NCBI GenBank assembly: GCA_051362555.1
Contig: CM120642.1
Span: forward strand, 23,126,001-23,190,000
Reading direction: 5' to 3'
Length of the DNA stretch: 64,000 nucleotides
Origin: Lingula anatina
Lineage: Eukaryota; Animalia; Brachiopoda
Part shown: piece after piece, positions 13,181-26,012 of the stretch
How the letters are laid out: every line of letters begins with the position of its first letter
Numbering within the stretch: the stretch's first letter is position 1
Notes under the pieces: generated by a model
The model's input: the letters and a program-made list of their open reading frames with translations, nothing else
What the model was told of the DNA's origin: nothing
Database searches by the model: none
Made by a program: the position numbers and the translations under genes

Positions 13181-15759
13181 ATGCATATTTTCGTCTCTCT
13201 GTGCGGTATTCTCTGGCTTCTAGCCGTGGCTACTTCCTCAGTAAGTCATTTTTTTAAACAAGTAATACTATTGCTTTTTTTTCCAATACCATAGACGGAG
13301 TTTTCTAGTCGTGTTTCAGATTTATTTTTTACAGAGTGACATTGTAGGGTATTCCTGTTTTAAAGGTGCATATAAAACAAGGAAGGGTAATATACTTAAG
13401 ATGATAATGTTTGCATTAGTTTATCTTAAATATCTATGAAAAACATAACACGTATACATTATTCGCCCAAAACGTGCTTGTGTGATCTCTCCATCCAGCA
13501 GTGCAGTACATGCAGTTGGGTAACTGTTTCGCTACGTTCACTACATCATGAAAGTCAGCAGCATCATACTCACAATAGCAAGACACATAGGCTGAATCAT
13601 TAAGATCATAACACGCAAAACACTTGAGACCATTTCTAACATTAATATGCTGGGTTGACAGGAATAGTAGCCCTAGGACCAAGGACCTTAGGACCTGCAG
13701 CCGATCTAAATAATTGTTGACCAAAAAGCGCTTCCTGCAACCAGACCAACATCTTCATTTCAACTGAGCAGTGCTCTCCGCACTGCTAGGTTTTTCTTTA
13801 GCGCACGACACATTTGAAACTAGAAAAGCACTTAGAGAGCGCAGACCTCCACCAAGACAGCAAAGTCTCCATCCAATGCCGTTTCACCCCTAAATGTTCA
13901 TTCTATAATGATTCAGTTTTTTGATTTTTGATTATTGATTGATTATTGATCCGGATCACCACCAAAAACTAATCACTTTTAAGTTGACCCATTTCTGACC
14001 TACCCTGAAAATTCCATCGAAATTCATCCATAACTTTTTGAGTTATGTTGATGACAAACAAATAAAAACAAAAAAACAGGGGTGAAAATAACCTCCTTGG
14101 CGGAGGTAAAAAGAGGGCAAAAAAAATTACGCGCAAGTTTTACTCAACCGTATTTCAGATTCCCTTCTAGTCCATAGAATCTCAGAGGAGTTTTAAAAAT
14201 ATGGGTTCGTATCGAAGAGCCTTTTGACTGACGAGTTAACCGGCCTAACAGTTAGTGAGGCCATCGCCTCGTTCGGCGTTATCTCCATGCAAGGCCGTGC
14301 AGCACATAACGCCGCATTTCAATGTTCCAGGTCACACAAGATGGCAGTAAGGGCTGCTTGTCAGCTAGCTACTGCAAGTCGGATGAATGCTGTCTCAGTC
14401 AATCCCAACTGAAAGGAAAACGTCAGCTTATACTGCCATCCATGTGGGGCACCTGTACAAAGATGGGCGTGGAAAATTCACGTAAACCTCTGAGGCCGTA
14501 TTCAGAACAAATGATCCGCAGACTAACTGATCCACGGACTAAATATGGCCGATCCCACTGAGAAGCAATTCGCCTTATCCCTTGATGGCCCCTCCGCCTC
14601 CACACGCGCCATCCCTGCGTGAGACTTGCAATTAAACCTCGGAGGCAGAATTAAATCTGTTTAATGGCGCGTGTGGAGGCGGGGAGACCATCAAGGGATA
14701 AGGCAACTTGCTTTTATTATTTGTTTCATATTTAGTCCGCACATCAGTTAGTCCGTGGATCATCAGTTCTGAATGCGATCTGAAACTTCCAAATCTTTCT
14801 ATCTTTACCCTTGACCCACACTGACTGCAATATGCTAGCTATCCTGTAGAAACTAGACTACAGTGTATATACTACAGTAATATAGCAATATCTTGCAAAG
14901 TACATGTATTAACGACAACGCGTGGAAAACATATAAGCTTAATTCAAATAAAGATCATTTCACATTCCCCCTTGTTTGTTATCAGCCTGTTATGTCAGCG
15001 GACCTAAGGAGAGAAGTCACTACCACGTGATGAGATGTCCTTGTGGAACAGGATACGCTTGCAAAGGGACAGGTGTCATTGAGGTACCTATGGGAGAAAC
15101 AGGTAAGATTTGAAACTCTTTGATGTTTTGTAGATAAGTTGCTATTTATTCAAAAATGCGACATGTACATGTAACTCAAGGTTATATCTGATTCTTCACC
15201 AGGCCCATAGGCGAGTAAAACGCCCTTTTTGATAGAGAAGTTCTGCTCTGAAGCAAAATTTGCCCTAGGTTTTGTGCGATTTCCCCAAGTTGGGTCAAAG
15301 GATTACAAAGGTCCACGTGTTTTTAGAAAAAAAAACTGTGAATGTTACTGGCTACAGACCTATTCACAAGAATAGCTTTATCTTTTTTAACCACCAGTTC
15401 TTGTTCCACCACAGTACTGTAATGGAAAATAAGATATTATATAACACAGCAACTTTACCAAAAATCAAGATATTAATTCATTAAAGAGATAACAACTCTC
15501 CACATGAGATTCAAACTTCCGCAATAAACACATTGCAAACAACACATTTTATTAAAATCCCAATTTACCACTTAAACAGCGGTTATCGAAATGATTCTGA
15601 AATATGTGCTTGCGGTCGGATCGCAAAGCCTGTACGTTTTTTATTACTCTCTTTGTCACCCATACAAATTGCTATTTTTAAGAAGTTAATCTATTGATCT
15701 TATCCAGACATACACATTGTATTTCATGTTTCTTTTCAGGTGTTTGTGAGAAGGTGTGA
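13181..15759 (+). CDS. Secreted 10-cysteine prokineticin/colipase-fold (astakine/toxin-like) peptide, ~115 aa, 4 exons
   Basis: Exons: 13181-13240 (signal peptide MHIFVSLCGILWLLAVATSS), 14331-14481 (VTQDGSKGCLSASYCKSDECCLSQSQLKGKRQLILPSMWGTCTKMGVENS), 14986-15102 (PCYVSG...RCPCGTGYACKGTG...), 15740-15759 (GVCEKV*). Cys pattern C-C-CC-C-C-CPC-C-C. TATA-like TTTATAAG near 13105 and ATTAAA near 15856. Confidence 0.85.
13818..14110 (+). mobile_element. Non-autonomous Helentron/HINE-like element in intron 1 of the peptide gene
   Basis: Starts AACTAGAAAAGCAC. Sub-terminal inverted repeat CCTCCACCAAG / CTTGGCGGAGG and a 3' hairpin ACCTCCTTGGCGGAGGT, as in Helentron-associated interspersed elements. 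Confidence 0.65.
14494..14780. mobile_element. Hairpin MITE family B, 287 bp, TGA TSD
   Basis: TGA|GGCCGTATTCAGAAC...GTTCTGAATGCGATC|TGA, with long imperfect arms (CCGCCTCCACACGCGCCAT / ATGGCGCGTGTGGAGGCGG). Inserted 12 bp after the exon-2 donor. Related copies at 24296, 41005 and 50638. Confidence 0.8.
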
Positions 15760-16245
15760 GGTCCTGGAACACACATCACAAGACCTGGGACGCTATATAA
15801 TCGATTTCGAATTTATCTGTGGTGTACTAATGGATAAAAAGTTGAATTTTTCCTATTAAAAGCAAGTTTGTTGGCAGTTACATCTTATCAAATGCAAGCC
15901 CTTTAGTTTCTTAAATACACCATTAATTTTCCGCTAAACTGTTTCACATAATGAAAAAAAATGCGTAAAATCATGCAACAATCCAAGATAATTTCAAATA
16001 CAAAAGACGCCTTAATAATTTCCACTGGCAGCGATGATCTGATCTTTTTAGACACAAGATCTGTCAGGCAATATGAACACTTGTACAAACTGTAGCCTAT
16101 GTTGCTACCGAATGATGATTTCAGATTACCTGCAATTGCTCATTGGTTACAATGCGCTAATAACTCGTAAGCGTTTGCTATACTGTAACATTTCATTAGC
16201 AGGTACTAAACTACACTTCCTGCATCAGAAAGCCATGTCTTAATC

Positions 16246-19175
16246 TCACCCAGACTCCATATCCATCAAACCAACAAACCCTATTAAAGGCCTGGGTAAC
16301 GGCAGATACTGGGTGTCCGTGCGCACCAACACTCCCATTTGTTGCCGTATAACACAACGGCACATGCACTTCAACGGGTGCACGCCAAACGCCATATCAG
16401 CCAGTATATCAGCCTCCGCTGACACATAGTCTTTGGTTCGATTTGTTAAAGTACTCTGCAGCTTGTTCTTGTCTTCTTCCGTTAGCTTGCAGCCTGCTAG
16501 TAGGAGTAAGAGCGGGAGGGTGGGCAGATATTGTAGTGATAACTGGAACGCTGTGGTCCCGTTATGTGACTGCTGATTGACATCGGCGCCGGCCTGGAGG
16601 AGACTTAACACGATGTGCTCATTACCTGGAAATAAAGCATAGATTTTTCCTGTTACTAGGTAATTTTCATCGTATATTGAGCAGTCGTCAAATTACTGGA
16701 ATAATCTAAGTAAACCAAAAATAAACGAACCCCCTTTATGGAAATCTAGTAGGCCAAAGTTAAGACTCTAAGCGTTTTTTTATTATAAAGTTACCTTACA
16801 TGATTATTTTTTAAGCTTATAAAGTGCAAAGTGTAATCCAAATACCTTGGTATATAGCCGTAAGAAGAGGGCTACCAAGACTAACGCTTGCACCAGCTGC
16901 AAGAAGTTTTCGCACGATTTTCTCCAGTCCACCGTCAACGGCCATCCCAAGTGCCGTCTTTCTTTGATCTCCCTCCTGACTTTGTGCATTGACGTCACAC
17001 CCGGCCTCCACTAAAACATCTACCACTTCGGAGCTGTCCCACGTGGCGGCTGTGTGAAGTGGCGTACGATACCCGTAGGATTTGGCGTCAACATCCGCGC
17101 CGTGTGTCACCAGTAACCGGGCTAAATTGCTGTTGCCTATGTGCGCAGCATAATGAAGTGGACGTATGCCTAAACTTGGGTCTATTTTCATTTCTTTGGT
17201 TGACTTAGGAGAGGCAATGGCATTTGGGTCGCACCCCTTCTCTAATAAGAACTATATAAAAAACGTATTATAAAATAAGATCCTGCATACTATTCAGGAA
17301 CAGTTCTCCAGACTGTCAAGGAAAATAAAAGTACTGACCAGAAAATTATTTAAACAGTTATACACTTGTCATATACGAAGTTACCATACTTACAGTAGTA
17401 GTGTAAGCCTACATGTAGGCCTATGTGTGCATATTCACGTTTTGGCGATAGCTGATAGCACGAATATAACACGTACCTGGTCCGATATCACGCGTCACTC
17501 CTACATACCGGTATATTTAGATGGAATAATGCCGCTTTAGTCCATCAATAAGTATATTATACTTACACGTGCAATTTCTTCGTGTCCGTTCAGAGCCGCA
17601 AGATGTATGGCTGAGGTGTTGGCGTTATCTTTGGCGTCTAGATCACAGCCTGCCTCGACCAGCACTCTGACCACCTCTTGGTGACCACTGCGAACTGCCA
17701 CAAGGAGGGCGCTATCACCTGGCATCAAAACAGTTGCAACACGTTCAATGACAATCCAGCTATACTTTCAAATTTAAAACAACCAAGTGGTATGATAAAA
17801 ATGTCACTTCAAAACATTATCGAGTGTTAACTATTAAAATTAAAAGTCAAATAAAAAAGTCTTTCACGAGATTCCCAAGCTGGATAGGAAAGAACATAAC
17901 TTTTAATTTTCCTGGAAAGCACGCACGAGACACCTACGAACTTAATATCTCAAAAGTTACGCTTCTGATATAACTAACTCATCCACAGAATAAACACAGC
18001 GGCTTATGGTGAAACCAAGGTATCAAATGGCTCTTAGACTCGGTCAACACTTGAAGGTAAAATCACATACAGGTAGGCCCTATATGTATTCCCTGTGTAT
18101 CAAACTTTTTTAATTCTCTCATAGATTTTAGTGGTAAGCGGTTGTGGAATCTATTCTTAAGTGCACACTGTATCCCAGTACCATGTGCAACGCTCACAAA
18201 CATAAACAAAGAGCGCTTAAACTCATATACCTTATGACATATACTAAGCTCTTTACAAGATAATAAATCTATGACAAGTTATTGATTTATTCAAGGACGT
18301 TCATCAAAATCCTTCACCATCGAGTCCTTTGAGTTCCATATTCGCGCCTCCATGCAGTAAAGCTTGAACAACCCGGGCAGAACCTTTCTTTGCCGCCATG
18401 TAGATGGCTGGTCGGCCTCTACGACTCCCAACGTTCACGTCACAGCCAGGGTGCGCCACGAGATACTCCACAATCTCATGGTTGTTGCTCTCGATGGCTG
18501 TTCCTAGATTTGAAACAAAGAAAATGAGATAAAATAAGAGTTTATTTAGCCAATTATAAAAATCGGAAATCATTTTCCTTCTGGAGCAAGTTTGATAATA
18601 TGCTGTAGAAGTAATACAATAGATAAATTAAGATTTAGAGCGATAAAATGTACTGCTCAATTATCATGTCATTATTGTATTACATGGTTGTCACATGCAG
18701 GTCACAGCATTTGTTGAAAATGTTCTAGAACCAATGAAGAATGACTGAATGAAGAGACTCGAAGACGACGCTTAAAAGAAAATAAAAATAGACGCTGAAG
18801 AATTTCTTTTACTTCAAATGCCATGCTTTTAAACTTTTCTAGCATCACAGCAAAAATATAAATGGGAAAATCCTCTGGTATCATGCTCCTACATGTAATT
18901 CATTGACAACATTTACCTAGACATCAAAACTGCTTTGGAACTGTTTAAACACTACTGTAAACATTACTGTGTAATGGGGTAATGAGGTAAAAGTAAAAAA
19001 TTATTTATAAATGTACACATTGTATTTTACACTTTTCTGATATAAATATGCACTACCTAGAGGACTAGTAAAGTTCGTTTCCACTTCTTCCATGGGGCTC
19101 ACTGTACCTGTAATGGAAAAGACATTGTTTTTACTGAATACTGTTCATTAAATAACACACAAACACACACGCACG

Positions 19176-19235
<60 letters not shown>

Positions 19236-19933
19236 TACGTATACATGCAGTACGTGCACTCCTTACTTTAACATTTAGCGCCTAACTCGTAAAAGGGCAT
19301 GGTTATCAGACTCGTGAAAATTTAAAACATATATTGGAACAATACTGTTTTTTTAAACATGTATCTTTAATTATGCACTGCATTGTTCTACCGTTTGCTA
19401 ATAATACAACTGTGCCATAGTTTTCAAACGTGGGGTACGTGCAGTCCTTTATTTATATTAACGTTTAGGAGGGTATGCCTCAAGAGCGTGATATGTCTTT
19501 CAATCAAGCAATGAAATTACTACCGGTCGCTGGAAATAATTTATGTCAGGACAAAATAAAAAAGACATGCAAAACCATTTACGTGACTAAGATCAAGTTA
19601 AAAAAAGGTTTCAAAATGAAGTTAATTTCTGTTTATTAATCGCGTATTTTCGAGTTTAAAAAGTCAATAAATTGCCAATTAACTCCAGAAATTTCTCGAT
19701 GACGCCAGAAATTTGCATAATTTTATGTTCGTGGCAAAACCAGAGGAATGGTCCCACATTCTCTTTGTCGTTCAGAATCAGCCTATGCAGGTTTTCAATA
19801 TAAAAAGGAATTACATAAAGACTGAAATGCTTGAATTTTCACTACACGCTTACATTCAAAACCATCATCATATAAAAACCCGCATTGCCTTCTTTCTCCC
19901 AGAGACCGGTTGCAGTGCTAAAGTCATTGCTGT

Positions 19934-19983
<50 letters not shown>

Positions 19984-20495
19984 ATACGCTGGACAGTAGA
20001 GTCTACATGCACAAACTAGAAAATGTGCACAGAATCACCTAGGGAGTTATTTGTGGACACCTACTGAAACTCTGTCGCCCCCCCCCCCCCCCCCCATGTA
20101 TCCGCCTCTTCTTGTACAGCATCATATATGTACTGTACATGTAAGAATGTAAGTTAGGAGTGACAATAATCGTTTATATTGCGTAATGGTCATGTGCAAA
20201 TCGGAAATGTACCTGGCATAGGACATGTATGATTTACTGGTATGAAGATGGGTTGCTTCTACTGGTACCTGAATAGGCCTACATATAGGCCCAGGCCCCT
20301 ATAGCCTATACCGTTTGCCCGATTGACAGACTGAGTAATATACCGGTAGATGCATTGATAAAAAAAATCTATACCTTGTGTTATCATCTCCTTCACCAGA
20401 TCATTATTTTTGCCGTTACGAATACAGAGGTGCAGCCTTTCAACTGGAGAAGTTGTGAGCAGTTCGTTCGTCTCGGAGTCCCGGAAGGAATTCAT
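16246..20495 (-). CDS. Ankyrin repeat and SOCS box protein (ASB-like), 6 coding exons
   Basis: Exons 20495-20375, 19107-19057, 18503-18318, 17718-17567, 17251-16846 and 16625-16246 are in phase. Multiple ankyrin repeats (RPLHYAAHIGN, RTPLHTAA, SAIHLAALNGH) and a C-terminal SOCS box (PLKCMCRCVIRQQMG...LPLPRPLIGFV). Confidence 0.9.
18881..19012 (+). repeat. ~130-bp dispersed repeat, copy 1 (ASB intron)
   Basis: TCATGCTCCTACATGTAATTCATTGACAACATTTACCTAGACATCAAAACTGC...TTATTTATAAAT is nearly identical to 25879-26012. Confidence 0.85.
19155..19232. repeat. (CA)n microsatellite
   Basis: Directly visible CA run. Confidence 0.95.
19936..19982. repeat. Poly(A) tract (~47 nt)
   Basis: Directly visible homopolymer. 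Confidence 0.9.
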
Positions 20496-20789
20496 TTTTT
20501 TTCTGTAGATTATGATAACTCAGGTCCCTTTTACAATTAGTAGCAGAGCTGAGTGTTTCAGTGTCAGCTGCGTGTTCTACAATTCCCAGCACGGTTTTGT
20601 TTGATAACACAGCAAGCAGTTTTTGTAACCAATCAGTTTTCCCATGTGTTCTGAATCCGCTGACCAAAAGGTTCTCATTTCATTCCGAATGACGATCTCA
20701 TTTGTAGGCATGAAGGTTTTTGTTTGTCGACCTTACTGCGAGCACACCTATTAACCAAAACGTTAGTCAATGTTAGAGCTCACACCTGC

Positions 20790-21250
20790 ACCCTTTTTTC
20801 AAACAAAGGAAGAGTGAGGGAAAAGTAATTAGACAAAGCACGAGTCGTCTTCAACTTATTACTCTGGTCACGTATGGCAGGAACTCGTTCGTGTAGCTTA
20901 CTGCGTCGTTGGTGACAGACGAATTCTGCCTGTGAGGATTTGATTCGAGAGATGACGCCTGTAGAATAATTAACGTCTTCATTAATCCCGTTATAAATAA
21001 ACACATAAAACAAATGGGCCGAGTGTAAAGTGGCCTGAATGTCCCTTGACGCACCTGAACACTGTGAGCGACTGGTGATGCACATCGGTATTTACATCGG
21101 AAGTGAGAAAGGCATCTAAAACGGAAGTACACGGAAGAACTCTCCACTAAGAAGAGGTAGAAATCAACATGACATTAAATATTTATTCACAAATTTTGTC
21201 CACTTGTTGATATTTTTTTGCTCGCTTAATCGCTTACAGAAATTTGAAAT
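20790..21250. promoter_or_regulatory. Putative bidirectional promoter between ASB-like (-) and MEGF9-like (+)
   Basis: Divergent start codons are 787 bp apart. Three CGGAAG ETS-type motifs lie at 21098, 21122 and 21132. Confidence 0.5.
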
Positions 21251-21281
21251 GGCAAGTGAGTTGGATGCTATTTGACGAGGT

Positions 21282-24001
21282 ATGGAAAGTTTGCAGGCGT
21301 TGGCCTGGATTCTCCTACTGGGGCTGGTAGGACAAAGAGGACCAGTATTTTCGGGTGCATTGGCCGGACCAGAGCACCTGACTGGGGCAAACACGTCGCC
21401 AAAGTCGGCGAGAAATGGTAAGTATAGTGTCATTTATAAAGAAAGAAGTCTATTATGAACAATTCTGTGGATATAGAAAAAATACAAAAATTACGTTACA
21501 TGGTTCTCTCCTCCAAAGGAGAAAAAACTTTGTACAATAACGTTTGTGTACTACATTGTACGCGTACAACGCAGGTTGAATTACTGGTACGTTGCACTGA
21601 CATTCATTGAGATCATTCTATTTCATATGCAGGGCCGATGTTTGATGTTACTGTGCTGAACAGTGAGATGACGAGCTTCAGCATAAGATGGACGACTATA
21701 TCAGGAAACAATACAGTGGAGATATATGTCATCCATGTAGGAGATTCCAAAGGAGGTAAATCAAACAGTGAAGTATCAGTGAAAATGTTAAAAAAAGCAG
21801 TGTCTGTTCTAAAAGTCCAAAGATTATTGTGGGTCTATCTTCGCCTTTGTCTTAAATAAAGATATTCCTCAGACATTTGAATCCCTGTTCAGAGTGTCTT
21901 TGCAGTATGTGATATTCTGGATTAGTTATTCAAAAGAGAACCAGGAGGTGCAGCGGAAGTTGTATTCACGCTAAATATGTCTATCCACAACATAATTCGA
22001 TATGCATTGTAGTACCATGAGTATATACCATATTTTACATGTATGCAATTCTATTATCATATATTTTATGTTAGAAATCAAGGCTATCAATGTAACAAAC
22101 AGCAGTTCAACAACATCAGTTATCAGAGATCTTGAGAGCGGTACCAGATATTGGGTGTATGTTCAGGCAGTGTTCTCATCCACTCCTGCTGTCAACTCCA
22201 CGGTGCAAACAACTATGACTAAAGGATATGGGCCAGACAGATGTAAGGGCCTGGTAGAAATTTATATTCTCTATGAACTTATTAGTAGTATGTTCACTGT
22301 CCTATTCCTAAAACTTTATTTACGGTGCATATTTGTAAAAAAAAATTTTAAAAACATAGAAATAAAAAAGGAAAAGCATGTGGGTAAATTTTAGTACTGA
22401 GAGTATTTATGAATGAATTTTGACCAATATTTGGTATTAATGATAAAGTGCATTTTTTTGTATTATTGTAGCCTGCAATTGTGATAAAGCTGGTACTGAA
22501 ACTCCCAGTCACGAACCCTTGTGCAATACAACAACTGGAGTGTGTGTATGTAAGATGGGTTATGAAGGAAACCAGTGCCATAAGTGTGCATCTGGATATG
22601 TGAGGCCAAAGAATGAAAGTTACTGTTCCTACTGTCCCTGCATGGGGAAATGTATTATCTCTGGTAAGTCAGAGTCTTTCTCTCTCTCTCTCTCTGCTTT
22701 GAAGTTGCCATTCATAAGTCACAATTATTTTTATGCCATAATTATTGTTTAAAAAAGTAAATGATTTCTCCATTCAGGTAATTGTATTTACCTGAAGGCA
22801 GTGCATTTTTACCTTTTATCAAAAGTCAAATTTTATACATGTACCCAGTTATATAATAACATACTTAGCTGTGTTTTGTAGAAAGCATTAAAATTTTAAG
22901 TACAGACTTTAGTATTATTTGTCCAGCTGAACATGAGTGGCTATGTGAGTGTGAAGAAGGCTATGCTGGACCATATTGTGACCAGTGTAACTTTGGGTAC
23001 TACAAAGATCAGGAGCAGGGGCCGTGTCTGCCCTGCCAGGACTCAGGTTGGTACATAGTGGTATATATACTGTATGATTTCAGCAGGATAAGATTTAAGC
23101 CATACATATTAAAATCCTTTCTTTCAGGCTGACAGACTTTCAGAGTCTTATCTGTCATCAAAATCATCCAATTTGCATTACTAGTAGCAAGAAAAGATTA
23201 AGGAAATTTAGTGTAGCATTTGAAAGTTGGAACAAACAGACTTTCTGCACAATCATTCCTTTGGCATTAAAGGAATGAGATATCGTAGACTGCATTCCCA
23301 CAGATTTTTAGATCGATCTATCCCCTTGGGGAGTCTTGCTAGATTGGTGTCAGCTTAACCAGCTTAAATGTCTGTCCCGCCTACTAAAAGCTGTAAGGCG
23401 GTAATTAACTGTAGTGCGAGCTCGACTGACAGCAATTTAGCATGAACCCAGAGGGAGTTAGGTTGATCCAGATGGATCGATCTAAATCTGTGGGAATGCA
23501 GCCTTAATTTCTAACAGACCAGTAAGCTACGAAATATAAAAACAAAAACTTCCACAGTTGCCACCGTCCACATGTTTATGATTCACGTAGAAGACAACTT
23601 GTGACATTGACTGTACTAAATTTTTTTCAGCAACAGTCTGTTCTTCACCCTCCTCTGGTGCTGGACTAGATGGACCAACCAAAGGACTTATAGCAGGCTG
23701 CAGTGTAGCTGCTCTATTAATATTGTTAGCAGTTGGAGGGTACTTTGGATACAGGCGCTACAAGCACTGGAAAGTTCGGCGACCTGGTCAGTTTTGGACC
23801 ATTGAAGTTCGGGACAATGACGAGGATAGTGCCTCCATGCTAGAGAATGACTACCACAATATGATCGATGCCAATGCCATGATGGAAGATCTGGAGCATT
23901 TTGACAGTAACTCCAGTGGTGTTAAAACACCTAGCCAGAGTGGAGCCAATGGTGAGATAAGGGTAGCTTACAACCATAATTATAGAGACAAGGTCACGTA
24001 A
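21282..24001 (+). CDS. MEGF9: MEGF9-like type I membrane protein (signal, FN3, laminin-EGF repeats, TM, FWTIE tail), 6 exons
   Basis: Exons 21282-21417, 21633-21755, 22075-22242, 22472-22663, 22927-23046 and 23631-24001. FN3 (FSIRW...IRDLESGTRYWVYVQA), laminin-EGF (CNCDKAGT...CNTTTGVCVCKMGYEGNQCHKCASGY), TM GLIAGCSVAALLILLAVGGYFGY. The cytoplasmic FWTIEV resembles the MEGF9 FWTIEL motif. Candidate polyA AATAAA near 27411. Confidence 0.85.
23288..23503 (-). mobile_element. MITE family A, reverse copy, in the last MEGF9 intron
   Basis: GACTGCATTCCCACAG...CTGTGGGAATGCAGCC|TTA; the internal sequence is the reverse complement of the 12636 copy. Confidence 0.75.
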
Positions 24002-24295
24002 ATTTGGCCCCATTCTGGGATAGTTTTTTTTGCAATATTTTATCCAGGTCAAAGTTACAAACTCTTGGATAAAGAAAAAGATTGATATTTAATTGGGGGA
24101 GAGTGATGAAGTTATGTGGAGTAAAACTGGTTGAAGAAAAAAATTAAGATTTCTCACTTACAGAATCTATTCACAGGCAATCTACTTAAAACCTTATTTT
24201 TTGTCTAATTTGTTAACCTAAGACATTAATCCACGGGGCAAATGTACTTAATTATAACATATGTTTACAAAGGTGCAGCATTTATCTTATCTTGG

Positions 24296-24799
24296 AGGGC
24301 ATTCAGAACTGATGATCCGCAGACTAACTGATCTGCCTACTAAATATGGCTGACCCCACTTAAAAGCAAGCCGCTTAATTCCCTAATGGTGTCCCCGCCT
24401 CCACACATGCCATTAAACTGATTTTATTTCTGCTCTGAGGTTTAATTGCTAGGCCCCTACAGGGATGGTGTGTGGAGGCGGGGAGACCATCAGAGTATTA
24501 GCAGCAGTGCTTTTAAGTGGATCAGCCATATTTAGTCTGCAGATCTGTAACACCCCATTTCCATAGATTAGATTGACCTAATTTAGATCGACCTAACTCC
24601 CTGGGGGTTCACGCTAAATAGCTGTCAGCCGGGCGGACACGAAAGTTAATTACCCCCTTACAGCTTGTAGTAGGCGGGACGGACATTTAAGTCGGATTAT
24701 CTGAAAGTAATCTAGTGAGACTCCCCGCGGGGATAGATCGATCTAAAATCTATGGGAATAGAGCCTTAGTCTGCTGATCTTTTTGGTCTGAATGTGCTC
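24296..24799. mobile_element. MITE family B with family A nested inside (24551-24765)
   Basis: Family B arms (GCATTCAGAAC...TCTGAATG) are split by a 215-bp family A copy flanked by TAA/TTA. Confidence 0.8.
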
Positions 24800-25318
24800 T
24801 GGTTTTCTCCACTTGTTTGCAGGATAAAAACAAGCAACATATACTGAAAATTGAATTTGGATGGCTTACTTGTATGGCGTCATCAATTCTAATGTTCATG
24901 TTTGTAAAAACTGGCTGTCCTTTCCAAGTGTCAGGCTTGGAGACATTGCTTGAAAGTTTGCCTATAAAAGTAGGAACAAAGTACAGTGTTAATGTGTTGT
25001 GAACAATATTAATGACTAGATCAAACCCCTAAACTTTATATGTTTGAACAAAATCAAATTTTCAATGATTTTGAATTGCAGAAAGGGTGCTTTGAGTGTA
25101 GTCAAGCGGTTTGTTAAATAACTTAAGACAAGAAATTTCTTACACCGTGCCATGATGAGTTCCTTTTTTAATTATTGCAAATTATGGGAAATGTGAAATT
25201 GCACTTTATTTCTGTTGTGAGAACTTGCTATGCATTATGTTTAAGAGGATTATGTGACAGTAAGATGGCATACAGTTAAGCACTTCTCTTGTACATGTTT
25301 GTGTCCACTTAAGTCTTA

Positions 25319-25542
25319 GAGACCATTCCCAGAGGTCTATTGTACTAACTTTGGATCAAACTATCTCCAAGGGGATTCTTGCTTAATTGCAATTAACTTA
25401 AGCTGCTTAGATGTCTGTCACGCCTTTTGAAGCTGCTAGGCGTGCCAGACATCTAAGCCGCTTAAGCTGAAAGCAGTTTAGCAAGAAACCCCATGGAGAT
25501 GGACTGATCCTGTTAGATCGATCTAGGGATGGGAACCTAGTC
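25319..25542. mobile_element. Diverged family-A-related MITE
   Basis: GACCATTCCCAGA...GATCGATCTAGGGATGGGAA with the shared core ATGTCTGTCACGCC / GGCGTGCCAGACAT. Confidence 0.6.
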
Positions 25543-25878
25543 TTACTGTCTGGTTGGTCTGTCCTGGTATCACTTAATACCTGTTTTGACTCTATTAGAA
25601 TACAATAAAGTCAATCCTATATTTTAAAACAGTTTCTATTATTAAGGGCAATAACATTTGTTTTACTGTGAAAACAGAGGTTTTGGAGAAGCTTAGCAGA
25701 TGGATTCCAGTATTACGGTATGACAAAGGTCACAGTAATGCCTAATGGTCGTGAAGTAGTCCATGATGAGTGTGGAAAGAAAGTTTGTATTAATGACGAG
25801 TGCGATGTGTACATCATTGAGTATAGTTTGAGGGAGCAGATCTAGAGCCATTTAAATCATGTTCCTGATGATAGGGAA

Positions 25879-26012
25879 TCATGTTCCTACATGTAATTTA
25901 TTGACAACATTTACCTAGACATCAAAACTGCTTTGGAACTGTTTAAACACTACTGTAAACATTACTGTGTTTTGGGGTAATGAGGTAAAAGTAGAAAAAA
26001 TTATTTATAAAT
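25879..26012 (+). repeat. ~130-bp dispersed repeat, copy 2 (putative MEGF9 3' UTR)
   Basis: Nearly identical to 18881-19012, same orientation. Confidence 0.85.

Noticed and set aside
19713-20042. Poly-Lys ORF (and poly-Pro/Gly ORFs near 43612-44106 and 52515)
   Set aside because: Artefacts of homopolymer runs.
21273-21275. In-frame TGA as a selenocysteine codon
   Set aside because: It lies before a signal peptide and no SECIS was recognised; a uORF is the simpler reading.
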